The notes beneath the pieces are model-generated. The model saw only the letters and a list, made by a program, of their open reading frames with translations, did no database searches and was not told the origin of the DNA. 64,000 nt of DNA from Perkinsela sp. CCAP 1560/9. Lineage: Eukaryota > Protista > Euglenozoa: Kinetoplastea. Position numbers and translations under genes: made by a program. Location of the stretch: contig CBFFSA010000043.1 of the NCBI GenBank assembly GCA_965644495.1, positions 9,001-73,000 on the forward strand. The letters are read 5' to 3'. This document shows, one piece after another, positions 1-10,947 of this stretch. Position 1 is the stretch's first letter. The number at the start of each line of letters is the position of its first letter.

Positions 1-2503
1 GGCAGAACGGCTTGTCCGCGACGCGGAGCTCTCCCGCGCCATGACAGCATTAACTTCGGAACCACTTGCCCCTGACGACGACGCCACCTACTCGAAGCTC
101 CAGGCAAAGCATCCTCAGAGACTTGACAGCACTTTCAACGTGGCAAGCCCTTCAGCGCCGGAAGCAAAACCGCTTGAAGCAACGGAAGACGAAGTAGCCG
201 AGGCCCTAGCGACTTTCCACCGAGGGTCCTCGGGAGGGGCCTTCGGTATGCGGCCGGAGCACGTTCAGGCCGCGATGCAGTACCATCACGACGCGTACAC
301 CGATCCTCTGGGCACGCTTACGAAGTTTACCAATCACTTGCTCGCAGGAAAAGCACCGTTGGAGGTCAAACATTATTTTGCGGGTGGTCGGTTATGCGCC
401 CTGAAAAAGGGTGAACACGATGTTCGTCCAATTGCTGCCGGAGAAACCCTTCGCCGCTTGGCAAGCAAAGTTGCCTGCCTCTCCGCAAAATTCAAGGCCC
501 GAAAACTCTTCAGAGAGCACCAGTACGGCGTAGCCACACCTGCTGGAGCCGAGCGCATCATCCACCTCTGTCGGAAGACCTTCGCCGAACATATTGAGGA
601 TGACGACTTCCTGCTATGCAAAGTCGACCTCAAAAACGCTTTCAATAACGTCTCACGGGATTTCTTTGTGGCCCTAACACGCCAGCATTTCCCTGAGCTG
701 GGTGCGTACGTGGAGTGGTGTTACAACACTCAAAGCATTCTGACCTTTGGCTCACGCTTTATCGAATCATCTGAAGGGGTGCAACAAGGCGACCCCCTGG
801 GCCCTCTGCTCTTTTCGCTTGTGATGAAAGAAGTTTCCCTACAAATCCACACTGCCGCTCCGAAACTCGCTTTAAACCTGTGGTACTTAGACGACGGGAT
901 ACTCGCCGGTCCATCCTGCGACGTTCGGCACGCACTGGACGTGATCGCGATGTCCGGCCCGAAATGGGGATTGCATATCAACGTGGCCAAGTGCGAGATC
1001 GCAACACACCCAGCTTCCTCCCATCGTTGCTCACTTTTCCCTGACATCCCCGGTCTGAACACGAATTCGGCAGGAAATTTTCACATTTTGGGGAGTCCAA
1101 TTGGTTCGACAGAATTTTGCCGCGAATTCTTTCTCAAGAACACAATCGACATGGCAGAGGAATCTCTCGAGGCCATAGCTACACTTGAAGATCCCCAGGT
1201 GGCCCTTTCCCTCATACGCCACTGTACTGGTTTCTGTAAAATGGTTTACTCGCTCAGGACTACCCCGACAACGGAACTTCAAGATATCTGCCAACGCTTA
1301 GATGATGCCGTCCAGCGCACTATTGAACACTTCTTCCGTCCTTTGAGTGATAGGGCGCGACGCCAGGCGCAACGCGAAAAGCGGTACGGGGGGTTGGGCC
1401 TTCGGTCGGCGGGGGAACATTCGAGTGCGGCTTACGTTGCCTCCGTAGCTTTCTCAACGGACAAAGACCGTTGGTACCCAGCGGACGCTGAGGGCTTTGA
1501 CCATGCCGTGCGGGAGGTGAACAGGCGTGCCGGAAAGACGGTGGTCCAACAAGGCGGCAAAATTCCGAAAAGTATGGCTTTGGCGACTGATTCTCCGTAT
1601 ACCGACGCGCAGGAATCCGGAACAGAACTGGTGATTCCCCGACAACGCGACCTTAGCCACGCCATCGCCAACCAGGAATTTAACGAGGCATTTGTGAAAG
1701 CTGACCTTCGCACACGGGCCAGGTGGATATCAGAAACAGGAGAAGGAGCCTCAGCATGGGCTTTCGTGATCCCCTCCAAGAAAACCGGTCTGGCTTTCAC
1801 ACCGACGGAGTTTCGCACCCTCACACGCTGGTGGCTAGGGGACCCAATCTATCCAGCGTCCCGGCCTTGTCCTATGGAAAAATGCACGCTACCGCTAGAT
1901 CCCGAGGGTGACCACGCTCTGGGGTGCAAAAGCGGGCATGGTATAATCGGACGCCACAACGCACTAGCGGCACAGTTTACTTCTGAATGTAAAAAGGCCG
2001 GTTTCACCCCGCGGAGAGAAGTGAGTCTGGGCAACAAGGGTCCTGGGGGCGCCCTCACCAGGCCCGGAGACGTGTTCATCCCTACAATCGGGCTAGGCCA
2101 GTCTCTTGTATTAGACTTCGCCGTCACTCATGTTCAGCAACCAAAGTATACGGACTTAGTCCGTGATGCTAACTGGGTGACGGCGGGGTCTTTTGCGGAA
2201 CGATACGCCACCGAAAACAAAAAGAAGCAAAGAGAGGAAGCAGAGTTTGCACGCCATCGATTTGGAGCGATGGTCGTGGAATCTTATGGAGCGTGGAGTC
2301 CAAGCGCCTTTGCGATCCTCAAGGAGGTTTCCGTCTCTCGTGCGGCATACTCCGGGGGTACCCTTTCGAACGGGGAAGCCTTACACCAATTGGTGACCTC
2401 ACTTAACATCACTCTGATGCGGACACAGGATCGGATGCTGGTACTCCGACTTCCCGCGGCGGTCCCTGACACGGCCCTCCTTGGATATGGGAACGATGAG
2501 TAA
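1..2503 (+). mobile_element. CRE-type non-LTR retrotransposon, family A (RT + CCHC + RLE), 5' part outside the window
   Basis: ORF 41..2503 has RT motifs (RPIAAGE, DLKNAFN, GVQQGDPLGP, WYLDD), a zinc knuckle CPMEKC..DHALGC and an RLE motif RPGDVF..LDFAVTH..VES. A 3' UTR and A-rich tail run to about 2765. Confidence 0.93.
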
Positions 2504-2763
2504 TTCGGTCCCCCCAATCATTTAACAGCCGCAGGGGGGTGGAGGGTGTTTCTCTGCGAAAGGGGGGGGGGCAAGGGGGGGTACCAAGTCACTAACCGAC
2601 GTGCCGTCACGGGTCTTAGTTTTGGTGCGGGAGTGATTTGATTAGGGGTGGATTTCGGGTAGAATTGTTTGCTAGTTTTTAGTAAAAAAAAAAAAAGTTA
2701 AATTTTCAAATTGCTAATTTGATTGCTTGTTTTCAACTCGTAAAAATAAAAAAATAAAAAAAA

Positions 2764-2802
2764 AACCTTTAACGATAAAGATACAGTTTCTGTACCTTGT
2801 TG
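2764..2802 (+). other. Spliced-leader exon copy at the 5' end of a retroelement
   Basis: AACCTTTAACGATAAAGATACAGTTTCTGTACCTTGTTG contains the kinetoplastid SL core GATACAGTTTCTGTAC..TTG. It follows poly(A) and is followed by the element 5' UTR, not by GT. Confidence 0.9.
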
Positions 2803-2835
2803 ATTTCTTTTCCCTTTATATCATCCTTACGCCCT

Positions 2836-5800
2836 ATGGTGACAACCCGGTCCAAAGCTAAGCAGGGTACCGACTTCCAGCACGAAGTTAGCGCGCACAA
2901 ACTTGGCTCTTGGGATCAATTTGAAGCCAATAAAGATCTAGTCGAAGGGGTGAGTACATTCGAGGAGAGTCTTTATACCACGCCACTTCCACCTGATCCC
3001 TCATCTGAATTATTGGAGCGCGCTGACAAGATTGCCTGCGACATTAAGAACTCTACAGAAGGCGAAACGCCAGACACAGGACACCAGAATGCTACCACCG
3101 AAGAAGAACTGTTCTCCAGTGTCCGCCCGACGGAAAGCCTCGAGTTCCAATTCGAAGGAGCCAATTCCTCTTCACTCAGCCAATTAAAGTCCTCTAGCAA
3201 GGCTGTGAAGGAGAAGTACGAGCGCCATAACCGCAGGGTAGGCTGTGCCGAATATGACTATGCTGATAACAGGCTAGTTTTTCCTGATCTCACGCCTCCT
3301 GATCTTCGCTTCTCAGTAAAGGGTAGCAGTAAAGGCCGTAAAAAGAAGAAACGCCCGAAGGGCATCAATCTTTCTCAGCTGGATGCAGTGTCCGGGGCCG
3401 ACAGCGAGGAACGCGACAATATAGAGTCCAGCGCGAATTCACCCGGGCCACGCACTCATGCCACCGGAGTCATGGACAGCCCGTCTATCAAATTGTCCCA
3501 AAAGGAACAGAACACTAACACCCCCACGGGTAAGCGTAAACGTCACGTGCAGGTGTCGAAACCAGGGCCACGCGATTCCTCAGATACCGAAAGGCTCAAT
3601 CAACCCCCCAATACCACTCCAGAAAAGCCACCTACAGTCAATGGAAACACGCGGAAATGTCCTTCTCAGGGATGTGCATGGCAAACTGTGCCTCACGGGG
3701 GCCAATGGCAATCCTTTTATAACCACGCATCCCACAGACACGGGGACGAGGTGCCTGATACCTGGTGGAACGAGGAGGGACGTTTCCGATGCAGGGATTG
3801 CAACAGGCACTACAACCTAAGCAAACAGGTCACCCATGCCGAAAACTGCGCTTTCCGCTGCTCTTCTCCCCCACCTATCTCCGAACCTACACAGACAGGG
3901 GGCGACCCGAGGGACAACCCTGCATTTTTTGCCGCACAAGCCGTCGCCGAACCCCTTCCCTCCCTGGCGTCAATCTGTTCGACACCTCTCAACACATGCA
4001 AAGACATTCCCAACAGCTGTCGCCAGGGGTGGGCGAAAGTCTTCTGTGAGTGTCTCTCTTCCGCTGTACGAGACAATACAGTTGAGGCCTGGACTCTTCT
4101 CGCCATGCTACCGAAATGCGTACTACCGGCACCTCATCGTGGGGGGAGCAGGGCAAAACTATCGTACGCCTCGCACGTTCGGAAGTGTCTCGCCCGGTGG
4201 TCACGGAAAGAATTTCTCCCCCTTTGGAACGAAACAATTGCGAGCCTACAACACAAAAAACGCGTCGCACAAGCACAGAGTCCGGAGGACGAGATAACCA
4301 AATCTGCTATGCGAGCTGAAAGACTCGTTCGCGACTCGGAACTATCTCGAGCTATGGCTGCCCTAACCTCTGAACCAGTAGCCCCGTATGACGATGATAC
4401 TTACACTAAACTCCAAGCTAAGCATCCATCCCGACTCGCTACGTCGGTGAAACCCCTCAGTTCTTCGACGGAAATGGGACCAAAACCACTTCGAGCCACA
4501 GAGGAAGACGTAACGCAGGCTCTTGCAACTTTTCACCGGGGGTCATCGGGTGGCGCTTTTGGGCTACGCCCTGAACACGTACAAGTGGCACTAGAGTACC
4601 ACCATGACGGCCGTACGGATCCATTGGGTACACTGACCGACTTTACGAACCACATGCTCGCGGGGCAAGTGCCGCTCGAAGTTCAGTGCTATTTCGCTGG
4701 AGGCCGCTTATGCGCGTTAAAGAAAGGGGAGCGCGACGTGCGGCCAATAGCGGCCGGAGAGACGCTCCGTCGCCTGGTGAGCAAAGTCGCCTGTCTCTCC
4801 GCCAAAACAACAGCTCGTAAGCTCTTCAAAGGACACCAATACGGTGTGGCCACTCCAGCAGGGTCTGAGCGCGTCATCCATCGATGCAGACAGACATTCG
4901 ATTCTCACGTTGATGACAATGACTTCATTCTATGCAAAATTGACCTGAAAAACGCATTTAACCATGTCTCACGGGACTGGATCATTGCCCTTACTCGCGA
5001 ACACTTTCCCGCTCTCAGTCACTACGTAGATTGGTGTTACTCTTCGGACAGCCTACTTACTTTCGGAACACGCACCATTCCGTCTTCTGAAGGAGTGCAA
5101 CAAGGCGACCCCTTAGGTCCTCTCCTTTTTTCCCTGGTTCTGAGAGAAGTAGCGGCGGAAATTCACGCAGTAGCCCCAATGCTCGATTTGAATCTGTGGT
5201 ATCTGGACGACGGGGTGCTGGCTGGATCATCTGCTGATGTGCGGCACGCATTCGACGTGCTGGAAATCAAAGGACCACAACGGGGACTCCATATCAACGC
5301 CGCTAAATGTGAACTCGCCTTACACCCCTCATCATCTCCTCGCGCCTCCGTTTTCCCTGACATCCCTGGCCCGAATAAAAATTTAGAGGGTAATTTCAAC
5401 ATTTTAGGTAGCCCAGTCGGATCCACTGAATACTGTCATAAATTCCATTTGGACAATGCCTTCGAACTGGCCCAAGATTCCCTAACCGCTATAACTTTGC
5501 TCGAGGATCCCCAGATCGCTCTCTCCCTCATCCGGCATTGTACAGGCTTCTGCAAGATGGTCTACTCTCTCCGTACCACCCCGACATCTGCACTGCAAGA
5601 TATTTGTCGACGCCTGGACGACACTGTTCAGTCCACTCTCGAAAACTTTTTCCACCCACTTGGCGATGACGCCCGGCGACAGACACAACGAGACAAGCGC
5701 TTCGGAGGGCTAGGGCTCCGTTCAGCAGAGGAACATTCCTCTTCTGCTTACGTGGCCTCCGTGGCATTCGCATCAAGGAAGGATGGCTGGGCCCCCACCG

Positions 5801-6825
5801 AAGCGAAAGGTTTCGAAGAAGCAGTGAGCGATGTCAACAATCGCGCTGGACTAAATCTGGTAGACGGCGAAAATGGCACAATACCCAAGAGCATGGTTGT
5901 GTCAGATCGTTCCCTCTTTAGTACTATCGAAGCGAGCGAATCTAGAAATGAAGCGGTAGTTCCCAGACAACGGGATCTCAGTCACTCGATCTCTTCCCAG
6001 GAATACAACAACGCGCTTAATACCGCTGACCCGCGGACGAGGGCCCGATGGATCTCTGAAACGGGGGAAGGAGCGTCGGAGTGGGCATTTGTTTTGCCTT
6101 CCAAGAAGAACGGTCACGCATATACCCCGACAGAGTTCCGGATGCTGGTACGCTGGTGGCTTGGGGAGAACATATACCCCGGCACCCGACCTTGCCCCAT
6201 GGACAAATGCACGCAGCCGCTTGGTCCAGAGGGGGATCACGCGATGTCGTGCAAAAGCGGGCATGGTATCATTTCCCGACACAATGCTCTGGCAACACAG
6301 TTTGCGGCGGAGTGTTCCAAGGCCGGGCTCGCCCCCAAACGAGAGGTCAGCCTGGGAAACAAGGGTCCGGGGGGCACCCTCACTAGGCCTGCAGATGTCT
6401 TTATAGACAGCCACCTCGGTCGGTCCCTTGTACTCGACTTCGCTGTCACCCATGTCCAGCAACAAAAGTATACGGACACAGTCCGTGACGCTAACTGGGT
6501 GACGGCGGGGTCGTTCGCGGAACAATATGCCACCGTGAACAAGAGCATGCAACGCGCAGAGGCGACTGCAGCACACTTTAAGTTCGGAGCTATGGTCGTA
6601 GAATCCTACGGCTCGTGGTGTCCCAGCGCAATGTCTGTTCTCCGAGAGGTCGCAGTAGCTAGGGCGGCTAAATCGGGCAGTGACATATCGAAGGGGGCGG
6701 CCTTACATCAGATTCTCACAGCTCTGAATGTAACACTGATGAGGTCGCAGGCCCGAATGCTAGTCTTGCGATTACCCGCAACGGGCCCCGACCTGGCTCT
6801 CCTGGGGTACGGGAAGGAAGAGTAG
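2836..6825 (+). CDS. Intact family A CRE-type polyprotein: LsmAD-like, 2 Zn fingers, RT, CCHC, RLE
   Basis: One uninterrupted ORF. First ATG after the SL is at 2836 (MVTTRSKAK). Motifs: WDQFEAN..YTT..EEELFSSVR; CPSQGC..H..H; CRDC..H..C; WYLDD; RPADVF..LDFAVTH. Poly(A) at 7121. Confidence 0.95.
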   Translation: MVTTRSKAKQGTDFQHEVSAHKLGSWDQFEANKDLVEGVSTFEESLYTTPLPPDPSSELLERADKIACDIKNSTEGETPDTGHQNATTEEELFSSVRPTESLEFQFEGANSSSLSQLKSSSKAVKEKYERHNRRVGCAEYDYADNRLVFPDLTPPDLRFSVKGSSKGRKKKKRPKGINLSQLDAVSGADSEERDNIESSANSPGPRTHATGVMDSPSIKLSQKEQNTNTPTGKRKRHVQVSKPGPRDSSDTERLNQPPNTTPEKPPTVNGNTRKCPSQGCAWQTVPHGGQWQSFYNHASHRHGDEVPDTWWNEEGRFRCRDCNRHYNLSKQVTHAENCAFRCSSPPPISEPTQTGGDPRDNPAFFAAQAVAEPLPSLASICSTPLNTCKDIPNSCRQGWAKVFCECLSSAVRDNTVEAWTLLAMLPKCVLPAPHRGGSRAKLSYASHVRKCLARWSRKEFLPLWNETIASLQHKKRVAQAQSPEDEITKSAMRAERLVRDSELSRAMAALTSEPVAPYDDDTYTKLQAKHPSRLATSVKPLSSSTEMGPKPLRATEEDVTQALATFHRGSSGGAFGLRPEHVQVALEYHHDGRTDPLGTLTDFTNHMLAGQVPLEVQCYFAGGRLCALKKGERDVRPIAAGETLRRLVSKVACLSAKTTARKLFKGHQYGVATPAGSERVIHRCRQTFDSHVDDNDFILCKIDLKNAFNHVSRDWIIALTREHFPALSHYVDWCYSSDSLLTFGTRTIPSSEGVQQGDPLGPLLFSLVLREVAAEIHAVAPMLDLNLWYLDDGVLAGSSADVRHAFDVLEIKGPQRGLHINAAKCELALHPSSSPRASVFPDIPGPNKNLEGNFNILGSPVGSTEYCHKFHLDNAFELAQDSLTAITLLEDPQIALSLIRHCTGFCKMVYSLRTTPTSALQDICRRLDDTVQSTLENFFHPLGDDARRQTQRDKRFGGLGLRSAEEHSSSAYVASVAFASRKDGWAPTEAKGFEEAVSDVNNRAGLNLVDGENGTIPKSMVVSDRSLFSTIEASESRNEAVVPRQRDLSHSISSQEYNNALNTADPRTRARWISETGEGASEWAFVLPSKKNGHAYTPTEFRMLVRWWLGENIYPGTRPCPMDKCTQPLGPEGDHAMSCKSGHGIISRHNALATQFAAECSKAGLAPKREVSLGNKGPGGTLTRPADVFIDSHLGRSLVLDFAVTHVQQQKYTDTVRDANWVTAGSFAEQYATVNKSMQRAEATAAHFKFGAMVVESYGSWCPSAMSVLREVAVARAAKSGSDISKGAALHQILTALNVTLMRSQARMLVLRLPATGPDLALLGYGKEE

Positions 6826-7167
6826 CAAGCGGCCAAGAGGTGGAAAACCTCGTGGGCAAGGGTGGGGCGGTAAGTGTCGTGGTTGCTTTGCTTGGTTCCT
6901 GGTTCTGCAGGGGGGTTGTGGCCAGCGTCGGACGGTCCTGCGGGCAATAAGGTCCGGGGTAGTGAGAGAGGTGGCAGGTTGAGGTTTGCTCGTTTCGGGT
7001 TTGCTTGGGCATAGATTGCTTGTTTTTATTGTTATTGTTTTTATTGTTCTTATACTTACGGGAGATCGAATTGCTAGTTTTGGGCTCCAAAATATGAAAT
7101 TGCTAATTTGATTGCTTGTTAAAAAAAAAAAAAAAAAAAAAGCGGACGGGATCCTGGGGTTTGGAGG

Positions 7168-7202
<35 letters not shown>

Positions 7203-7210
7203 CCGGTGGG

Positions 7211-8002
7211 TTTCGGGCCCGGTGGGTTTCACAATCGGGAAGAGGAGCAGGAAACTGGGCCTTCGTAGTACCCTCAAAGAGCAGAGGTTACGCTTTTACT
7301 AAAACTGAGTTCAGGACTCTTTCGCGTTGGTGGCTTGGAATGGACGTCTTCCCGGAAGATCGAACATGCCCAGCAGAAGGCTGCACCCTCCCATTGCTAA
7401 AGAATGGAGAGCACGCCATACTATGTAAAAACGGACACGGTTTGATATCCCGCCACAACGCCCTGGCACATCAGTTCACTTCTTTCTGCAGCAAGGCCTT
7501 TCTTCAACCACAGAGAGAAAAGAGTCTGGGAAACCGAGGCCCAGGTGGCGCTCTCACTAGACCCGCGGACGTTTTTCTTCCTACTGGCTCTCTGGAAAAG
7601 GGAGTTCTGGCGCAAGGAATGGTATTAGATTTTGCAGTCACACATGCACAGCAAATGAAGTATTTGGACCTAGTCCGTACTGCTAGCTGGGTGACACCAG
7701 GATCTTTTGCCGGACAGTACGCCGAGACGAAGGCGAGGCAGCGACAAGAAGCGGAAGATGCGGGACACCTTTTCGAAGCTATGGTCGTCGAATCCTTTGG
7801 CTCTTGGAGCGAAAGCGCGCTCTCGGTTCTCCGTAATATCGGAGCACAACGGGCTAATGCGTCAAAAGAGCTTCTCTCATGGAGCCAAGCGCGAAATGAC
7901 CTCCTAACGGAGCTCAACATTTCCCTGATGCGTTCCCAAGCCAGAATGATGGTTTCACGCATCTGCGTGCCGGATCCCACGGAACCTATGGTAGTGACAT
8001 AG
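7211..8002 (+). mobile_element. 5'-truncated family A copy (CCHC + RLE only) with 3' UTR to poly(A) at ~8535
   Basis: RARWVSQ..CPAEGC..HAILC..RPADVF..LDFAVTH, starting just after a poly(A) run. Confidence 0.88.
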
Positions 8003-8028
8003 GTCGTGGGCACACAAACTGCCGGTCC

Positions 8029-8330
8029 GGATGCCGGTCGATGCCGACAGGGTCTACGCTCACGCCTAGTCCGCCAGGTCTAGGTACTCCAAGTGAGGTA
8101 GGACAAGGGCTGGGAACTTTGTTCCCTCCCCGTCGGCCAGCATCATGCTCCGCGACCGTGCCGCTGTCGGCACAGGCCCATTGCTTGCGCCCTCTCGTAC
8201 AACAAGAGAAGGGTTAACAAGGCAAGCTGGGAGAGGTCGAAAGACCCGGTCCGGAACGCGCGAATGGTTAGGGGAAAGTCTGCCCCTCCTAGCAGAGGGA
8301 GACCTTACCCTCCCTGGAAAGCTGGAAAGA
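8029..8330 (+). ncRNA. Conserved structured 3'-UTR RNA module, variant A
   Basis: Hairpins CCTAG..CTAGG, GTGCCG-CTGT-CGGCAC and GGTC-GAAA-GACC. Copies at 45316-45553, 50077-50284, 50675-50912 and 55957-56164 (all minus strand). Confidence 0.75.
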
Positions 8331-8555
8331 TTCGTAAGGGGAAGTGGGTAAGATGGGAAAGCATGCATTTACTAGTTTTATATTTTGCTCGTTTTCAAAA
8401 TGGGGGGAAGTTAGGGAAAGAAGTTGAGCAAGCAGGAAAGTAAGTGAGAAAGTCATAAAAAAAAGTATATTATAAGAGTTTACGAAAAGAATTTTAATAT
8501 TTTTATCGTCGGTGTTCATACTTCTAATCGTTCAAAAAAAAAAAAAAAAAAAAAA

Positions 8556-8940
8556 CTGTTTCGCGACCGTGTCGCTGTCGACACAGGCCCGCGCCTGCGC
8601 CCTCCCATATAGCAAGGGAAGGGTTCACAAGTCAGGCCGTGGAGTGGTCGAAAGACCCGGTCCGGAACGCGCGAATGGATTGGGTCTGTATTGCTTGTTT
8701 TAGTTTTTACAGTTTCTTGTTTGTAGTATATACTTAGGGGAGATTAAATTGCTAGTTTTGGGCTGAGAAAAAACAAAAGGTACATCTGTGGAAACAAAAA
8801 GAATTGCTAATTTGATTGCTTGTTTTCAACTCGTATACCCCCCCAATGGACCTACTTGGTTCGTCTACTGGGTCAAAATATAGAGGCAATGCCGCGATTC
8901 ATACTTTTCCCCCCTTATTAACTGCAAAAAAAAAAAAAAA
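8556..8940 (+). mobile_element. 5'-truncated retrocopy of the 3' UTR only (structured RNA half + shared tail + poly(A))
   Basis: Flanked by poly(A) on both sides. Near-identical copy at 11431-11821. Confidence 0.8.
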
Positions 8941-8948
8941 AAGAAAAA

Positions 8949-10947
8949 AGCTAGTCGCTTGTTTAAAGGAATACAGTATGGGGTTGCCACGCCAGCCGGA
9001 TCGGAGAGGGTGATCCACCTCTGCCGACAGACTATGTCCCGCCATGCCGATGACACGAACTTTGTGCTATGTAAGGTGGACCTAGCGAACGCGTTCAATA
9101 GAGTATCCAGATCTGCGTTCATCGCCTTACTTCGCAAACATTTTCCAGAATTGTCAGCATGGGTGGAGTGGACCTACTCCACGGATAGTCTCCTAACTTA
9201 CGGTTCCAGAACTCTTCCATCATCCGAGGGGGTTCAACAAGGGGACCCCCTAGGGCCTCTCCTTTTTTCCCTCGTAATGCTCGAAGCCGCGAAAATGATC
9301 AAAGAAGCACTCCCAGGCAGTCTCCAGCTTCACCTCTGGTACCTCGACGACGGGGTAATAGCCGGTAAGGCCGAAGACGTCAGTTTCGCTTTAGAGACTC
9401 TTTCTCGAGTTGGTCCTAAGTGGGGTCTTCACATCAATACCTCTAAATGCGAAATAATAACGAACCCTGCCTCGGCACACCAAACTGCTCTTTTTTCCGA
9501 TATTCCGGAACCCAAGATAAACCGCGAAGGAAATTTTGACATTCTTGGGAGCCCCATAGGCTCTGCTCAACATTGCATAGATTTCCTTACGACACACGCC
9601 GTGGAACCGGCAGAAGAGACCCTGGAAGCTATAGAAATGCTCGAAGATCCTCAAATTGCCTTGTCATTGATCAGACAGTGTGCGGGTTTTTGTCAAATGG
9701 TCCATTCGCTTCGAACTACCCCACCACATGAGCTTTCTGCACTCTGTCAGCGCCTTGATGAAGCAGTCCTCCATGCGTATGAATGGAATATATGCCCGCT
9801 TAGCTCCTCAGCTCGATCACAAGTTCAACGCCCGAAACGGTATGGAGGTTTTGGTCTCCGATCTGCATCTGCGCACCGCTCAGCGGCGTACGTGTCTTCA
9901 GTTGCTTTTGCTGCAGAGACGGATCGTTGGCTACCGTCAGATGCAGAAGGATTCTCTTCCGCAGTCCTGGACATCAATCGCCGGAGCGGAGGCCCCGTAG
10001 TTGATCCGGACACGGGAAGAGCATTAGAGGAGATCAGCTCCCCTTTTCCGACAGGATCTAGTCAAAGTACAGAAACGGACAATTCTTGCACCCCCCGTCA
10101 ACGTGCCTTGAGCGACGCAATCTCGGCGCACGAATTTTCATGTGCGTACGCAGCGGCAGACAGTAGCACTCGCGCGAGGTACACCTCTCAGACTGGAGAT
10201 GGGGCCAGCAGCTGGGCATTTTGCATCCCATCAACAGAGCTTGGCCACGCTTACACACCCACAGAATTCCGCGCCCTCTCCAGGTGGTGGTTAGGTGCCA
10301 AGGTCTACAACGAGTTGAGCACGTGCCCAATTAACACATGCCAACAACCTCTCGACCTCGAAGGAAACCATGCAGTGTCTTGCAAAAGTGGGAATGGACT
10401 GATCTCCCGCCACAATGCGCTCATTACACAATTCACCGACACGTGCTCCAAGGCGAATTTATCACCTTCACGTGAGGTAAGCCTGGGGAACCTAGGGCCT
10501 GGCGGCTGTCCCACGAGGCCGGGCGATGTCTTTATTCCGGGCTATGAGAAAGCTCAAGGTCTGGTGCTTGATTTTGCTGTCACCCACGTTCAGCAACCTA
10601 AATACACGGACTTAGTCCGCAACGCTAACGGGGTGGCGGCAGGATCATTTGCGGAGCACTACGCCGCTTCTCACAAGGTGAAAGAGAGAGAGGAGGCGGA
10701 ACAAGCAAAACATGTGTTTGTTGCCATGGTGGTAGAATCATATGGTGCTTGGAGTGCAAGTGCCCTATCAATCCTTAGATGGGTTGGGAAGCATCGCGCC
10801 TCATGTTCCCAGGGGACTCTATCTCAAGAAGCAGCTACCCGTCAGCTGCTTCAAGAGCTTAACCTCACCCTGATGCGTTCTCAATCGAGAATGCTTGTCT
10901 CACGCATGCCGGCTGAAGATCCACAACCGGCACTTATTTTGCAGTAG
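8949..10947 (+). mobile_element. 5'-truncated family A copy (RT-RLE)
   Basis: QYGVATPAG, DLANAFN, GVQQGDPLGP, WYLDD and RLE motifs. Begins right after poly(A). Structured 3' RNA at 10990-11280, poly(A) at 11400. Confidence 0.92.
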
